Positions 35,503 to 37,387 of a stretch of DNA of 37,387 nucleotides are shown here, piece by piece. Both the position numbers and the translations under genes were made by a program. The notes under the pieces are model-generated. The model ran no database searches and was not told where the DNA came from. It was given only the letters and a program-made list of their open reading frames with translations. The DNA comes from an uncultured Desulfobacter sp. (lineage in GTDB: Bacteria > Desulfobacterota > Desulfobacteria > Desulfobacterales > UBA2156). The stretch is from positions 1 through 37,387 of the forward strand of contig CAZSON010000002.1 in the NCBI GenBank assembly GCA_964608375.1. The letters run 5' to 3'. How positions within the stretch are numbered: position 1 is the first letter of the stretch; each line of letters opens with the position of its first letter.

Positions 35503-37387
35503 TTACAACCAAAGCCAGCCGAGCGCTTCTACGCCAAGATAAATCGGCTCATCATCTCTTTTGTCAGGATATAATTCATTTGCCAACACCCTCTTTAACT
35601 CATGATAAGGGATCATACAGGATCTTGTTCCTGTTTCCGATACTGGATTGACATCAAAATAATTGTTTTTGACGATATCAAAATCCCTTTCATTTAAGTC
35701 ATACATTTCTTTGAGATATTTGATTTTATCTTCTTCCGTCTCCGCATGATCATAATTCACAGAAGCAATTGCCAGATCATAGATGACCCTGTTCCTGCGA
35801 TTTGCTACGATCAGCTTTTCAAAATGCGGTTCATACATTTTCAGTTTATTGTCCGAGGCGACCGCTTCTTGTATTCTTTTCAGCTTTCCCATGATGTTTG
35901 GCCATTCTTTTATCGCTTCTTCAATTCGCGGTATATCTTTTTTCTCTACTTTATTTCGGGCAAAAGGAAATTCCGTAGGGAATATCTTCAGCTGGCTTTC
36001 ATGGATGGTAAACATATTCTTTAACACAAAAAGTATATCATCGCCTAACTCCTCACCAAATACCGCTTTTAGAGCGTATGTGTAGAAATCTTCAGCTTCC
36101 CTGTATGCACCCCAGCTATAGTATGCGTGGGCAAACAGGTGTATAAAAAATCCGTACCATTCAAACATATACCCATTCGTTCCCTTTACTCCCAATTTGG
36201 CAGAACCGACATGTTGACGAATATCCTCTTCCAGGAACTGATCGTTAGCCTCTTCCTCGCATCTTAAGCCATTTGTGCGAAATATCCGGATCAACCTGCC
36301 AAAACATGAAGACACGGCATTGCTTTCTGTATCTCTTCCCCAGATCCTGTCTTTGCCAAATGCTTCAATCCATTTCTCAAACTCGCTGTCAGGAACGTAA
36401 AGCCCGGGCGCCCAGAATAGTCCCACGTCATGTGGCACACTGCTTACCATCTCCTTCATTGCATCGGCCGCTTTCTCAAGCGGCGGCTGTCTCCATGCTC
36501 TGATGCCTATCTTGCAGTTTGGGTTTTCTTCCCTTATTACTCCATACAAGGTATGTAAAAGCTTTCTATTTGCGATATTTTTTGCCTCTTCGGGTGAGTT
36601 CACCTTTTTTAAATAGTTTTCTTTGCAATTATCGCAATCACAATACCAAAAGGCTTCCTCGCTTTCTTCAAAATCAATGCCGTCATATCCAAGCTGGATG
36701 ATTCTTCTAAAAGATTGCTTTAAATATTCGATGGATTCGTCATTACTTAAACACAATCGGTCAAAGTCATTGATATATTTGCTGCCTTCAGGCAGTTTCA
36801 TTCGTTTCTCTTTATAGATACTCGGGTATCCACCGTTATAGCTGTTTAACCCTACGTATGCAAAAAAAGATACGTCCAGTTTGTGTCCATATGCTATCAG
36901 TTTACTTAAAAATTCATCCGAAAGATTGGGGTGTAAATATTCAACAGTGATCCAGTTTCTGCTTTCTTTGTTCCATACCTTCATCCTGTAATTGCTCAGT
37001 ACAGTTTCAGGATATTCATCAAACTCAAATGGCCAGTAACCGTACATGCACATATTAAACTGGTTTATTTTAAAATCAGAACATATATTTAAGTACTCCA
37101 CCCATTCCTCATACCCCCAAAGCTGCATATCAAAACCCAGTCTGCCATAGCCTGCATACCATCCAAACGTATTTGATACAGACCGCTGCTCTATTGCAGG
37201 CCAATCTTTGATATACGCCTCTTCCATGTAGTAGCTGTCACCGGCATTTTTAAACAGTTGTTTTAAAGTTGAGAGCCCATTGACCAAACCATTTTTTTGT
37301 TCGTAAATTATTTCAATGCTGCTTTCTTTAATATCTAATATGTATCCCTGTTTGAGAAACAGTGCTTTGTTCTCACATTCGAACCGA
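35503..37387 (-). CDS. Putative glycoside-hydrolase-like protein (GH20-type N-terminal domain plus TIM-barrel-like region, DUF4838-like); N-terminus lies beyond the window end
   Basis: The frame stays open upstream of the track start (37287) to the window edge: …RFECENKALFLKQGYILDIKESSIEIIYEQKNGLVNGLSTLKQL. This resembles the GYxLxI…I.I.a….G.fyG.qTL.QL module that precedes hexosaminidase-type barrels. A CDCDNCKENY motif lies mid-protein. The gene is AT-rich relative to its neighbours. Confidence 0.4.
   Translation of the reverse strand, partial: RFECENKALFLKQGYILDIKESSIEIIYEQKNGLVNGLSTLKQLFKNAGDSYYMEEAYIKDWPAIEQRSVSNTFGWYAGYGRLGFDMQLWGYEEWVEYLNICSDFKINQFNMCMYGYWPFEFDEYPETVLSNYRMKVWNKESRNWITVEYLHPNLSDEFLSKLIAYGHKLDVSFFAYVGLNSYNGGYPSIYKEKRMKLPEGSKYINDFDRLCLSNDESIEYLKQSFRRIIQLGYDGIDFEESEEAFWYCDCDNCKENYLKKVNSPEEAKNIANRKLLHTLYGVIREENPNCKIGIRAWRQPPLEKAADAMKEMVSSVPHDVGLFWAPGLYVPDSEFEKWIEAFGKDRIWGRDTESNAVSSCFGRLIRIFRTNGLRCEEEANDQFLEEDIRQHVGSAKLGVKGTNGYMFEWYGFFIHLFAHAYYSWGAYREAEDFYTYALKAVFGEELGDDILFVLKNMFTIHESQLKIFPTEFPFARNKVEKKDIPRIEEAIKEWPNIMGKLKRIQEAVASDNKLKMYEPHFEKLIVANRRNRVIYDLAIASVNYDHAETEEDKIKYLKEMYDLNERDFDIVKNNYFDVNPVSETGTRSCMIPYHELKRVLANELYPDKRDDEPIYLGVEALGWLWL

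Noticed and set aside
1-37387. A scan for tRNA/rRNA genes, CRISPR repeat-spacer arrays, IS elements with terminal inverted repeats, transposase or integrase genes, and riboswitch-like leaders.
   Set aside because: Reading both strands revealed none. There is no T-loop GGTTCGAATCC-type motif in intergenic DNA, no periodic 25-40-bp repeats and no transposase- or integrase-like ORF in the track. A computational scan (tRNAscan, Rfam, ISfinder, a CRISPR finder) would be needed to exclude small or degenerate elements.

Overview
The window is about 37.4 kb of bacterial chromosome. Gene content (tungsten-type aldehyde:ferredoxin oxidoreductase, NifS/TusA sulfur relay, many Tat signals) suggests an anaerobe, possibly Desulfobacterota-like, but taxonomy cannot be proven from sequence alone. 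I found no rRNA, tRNA, CRISPR array or intact mobile element.

Positions 1-14.9 kb are housekeeping genes:
- a cysE-tusA-nifS sulfur-mobilisation operon beside mnmA and a second PP-loop tRNA-thiolation-like ATPase
- citrate synthase and an outer-membrane barrel protein
- a YcbK/MepK-like and YcbB/LdtD-like peptidoglycan 3-3 crosslink pair
- panE, dusB, a DUF1848 gene coupled to an unknown ORF, serC and hisD

Positions 14.9-34.4 kb are an accessory carbohydrate block:
- an orphan MalK/MsmK-type ABC ATPase coupled to a 57-aa mini-ORF
- a fucI / RhaB-like kinase / AOR / tandem class II aldolase operon
- a tightly coupled five-gene operon (BtpA/SgcQ, M29 aminopeptidase, FGGY kinase, metal-ligand-deficient M24 creatinase-like protein, creatininase-family hydrolase)
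- a divergent Tat-exported binding protein, two permeases and a Tat-signal DUF362 protein

I know of no characterised pathway with the five-gene composition, so it is my best candidate for an undescribed catabolic system, perhaps for a sugar-amine or sugar-amino-acid conjugate. The AOR inside the fucose operon and the half-degenerate fused aldolase are the next most interesting points.

Positions 34.4-37.4 kb look like a compositional mosaic. They hold a truncated type I R-M hsdM fragment in GC-rich, gene-poor DNA, then an AT-rich glycoside-hydrolase-like gene that runs off the window. No transcriptional regulator is recognisable anywhere in the window. All functional calls come from my own motif recognition on the translated ORFs; no database search was run.
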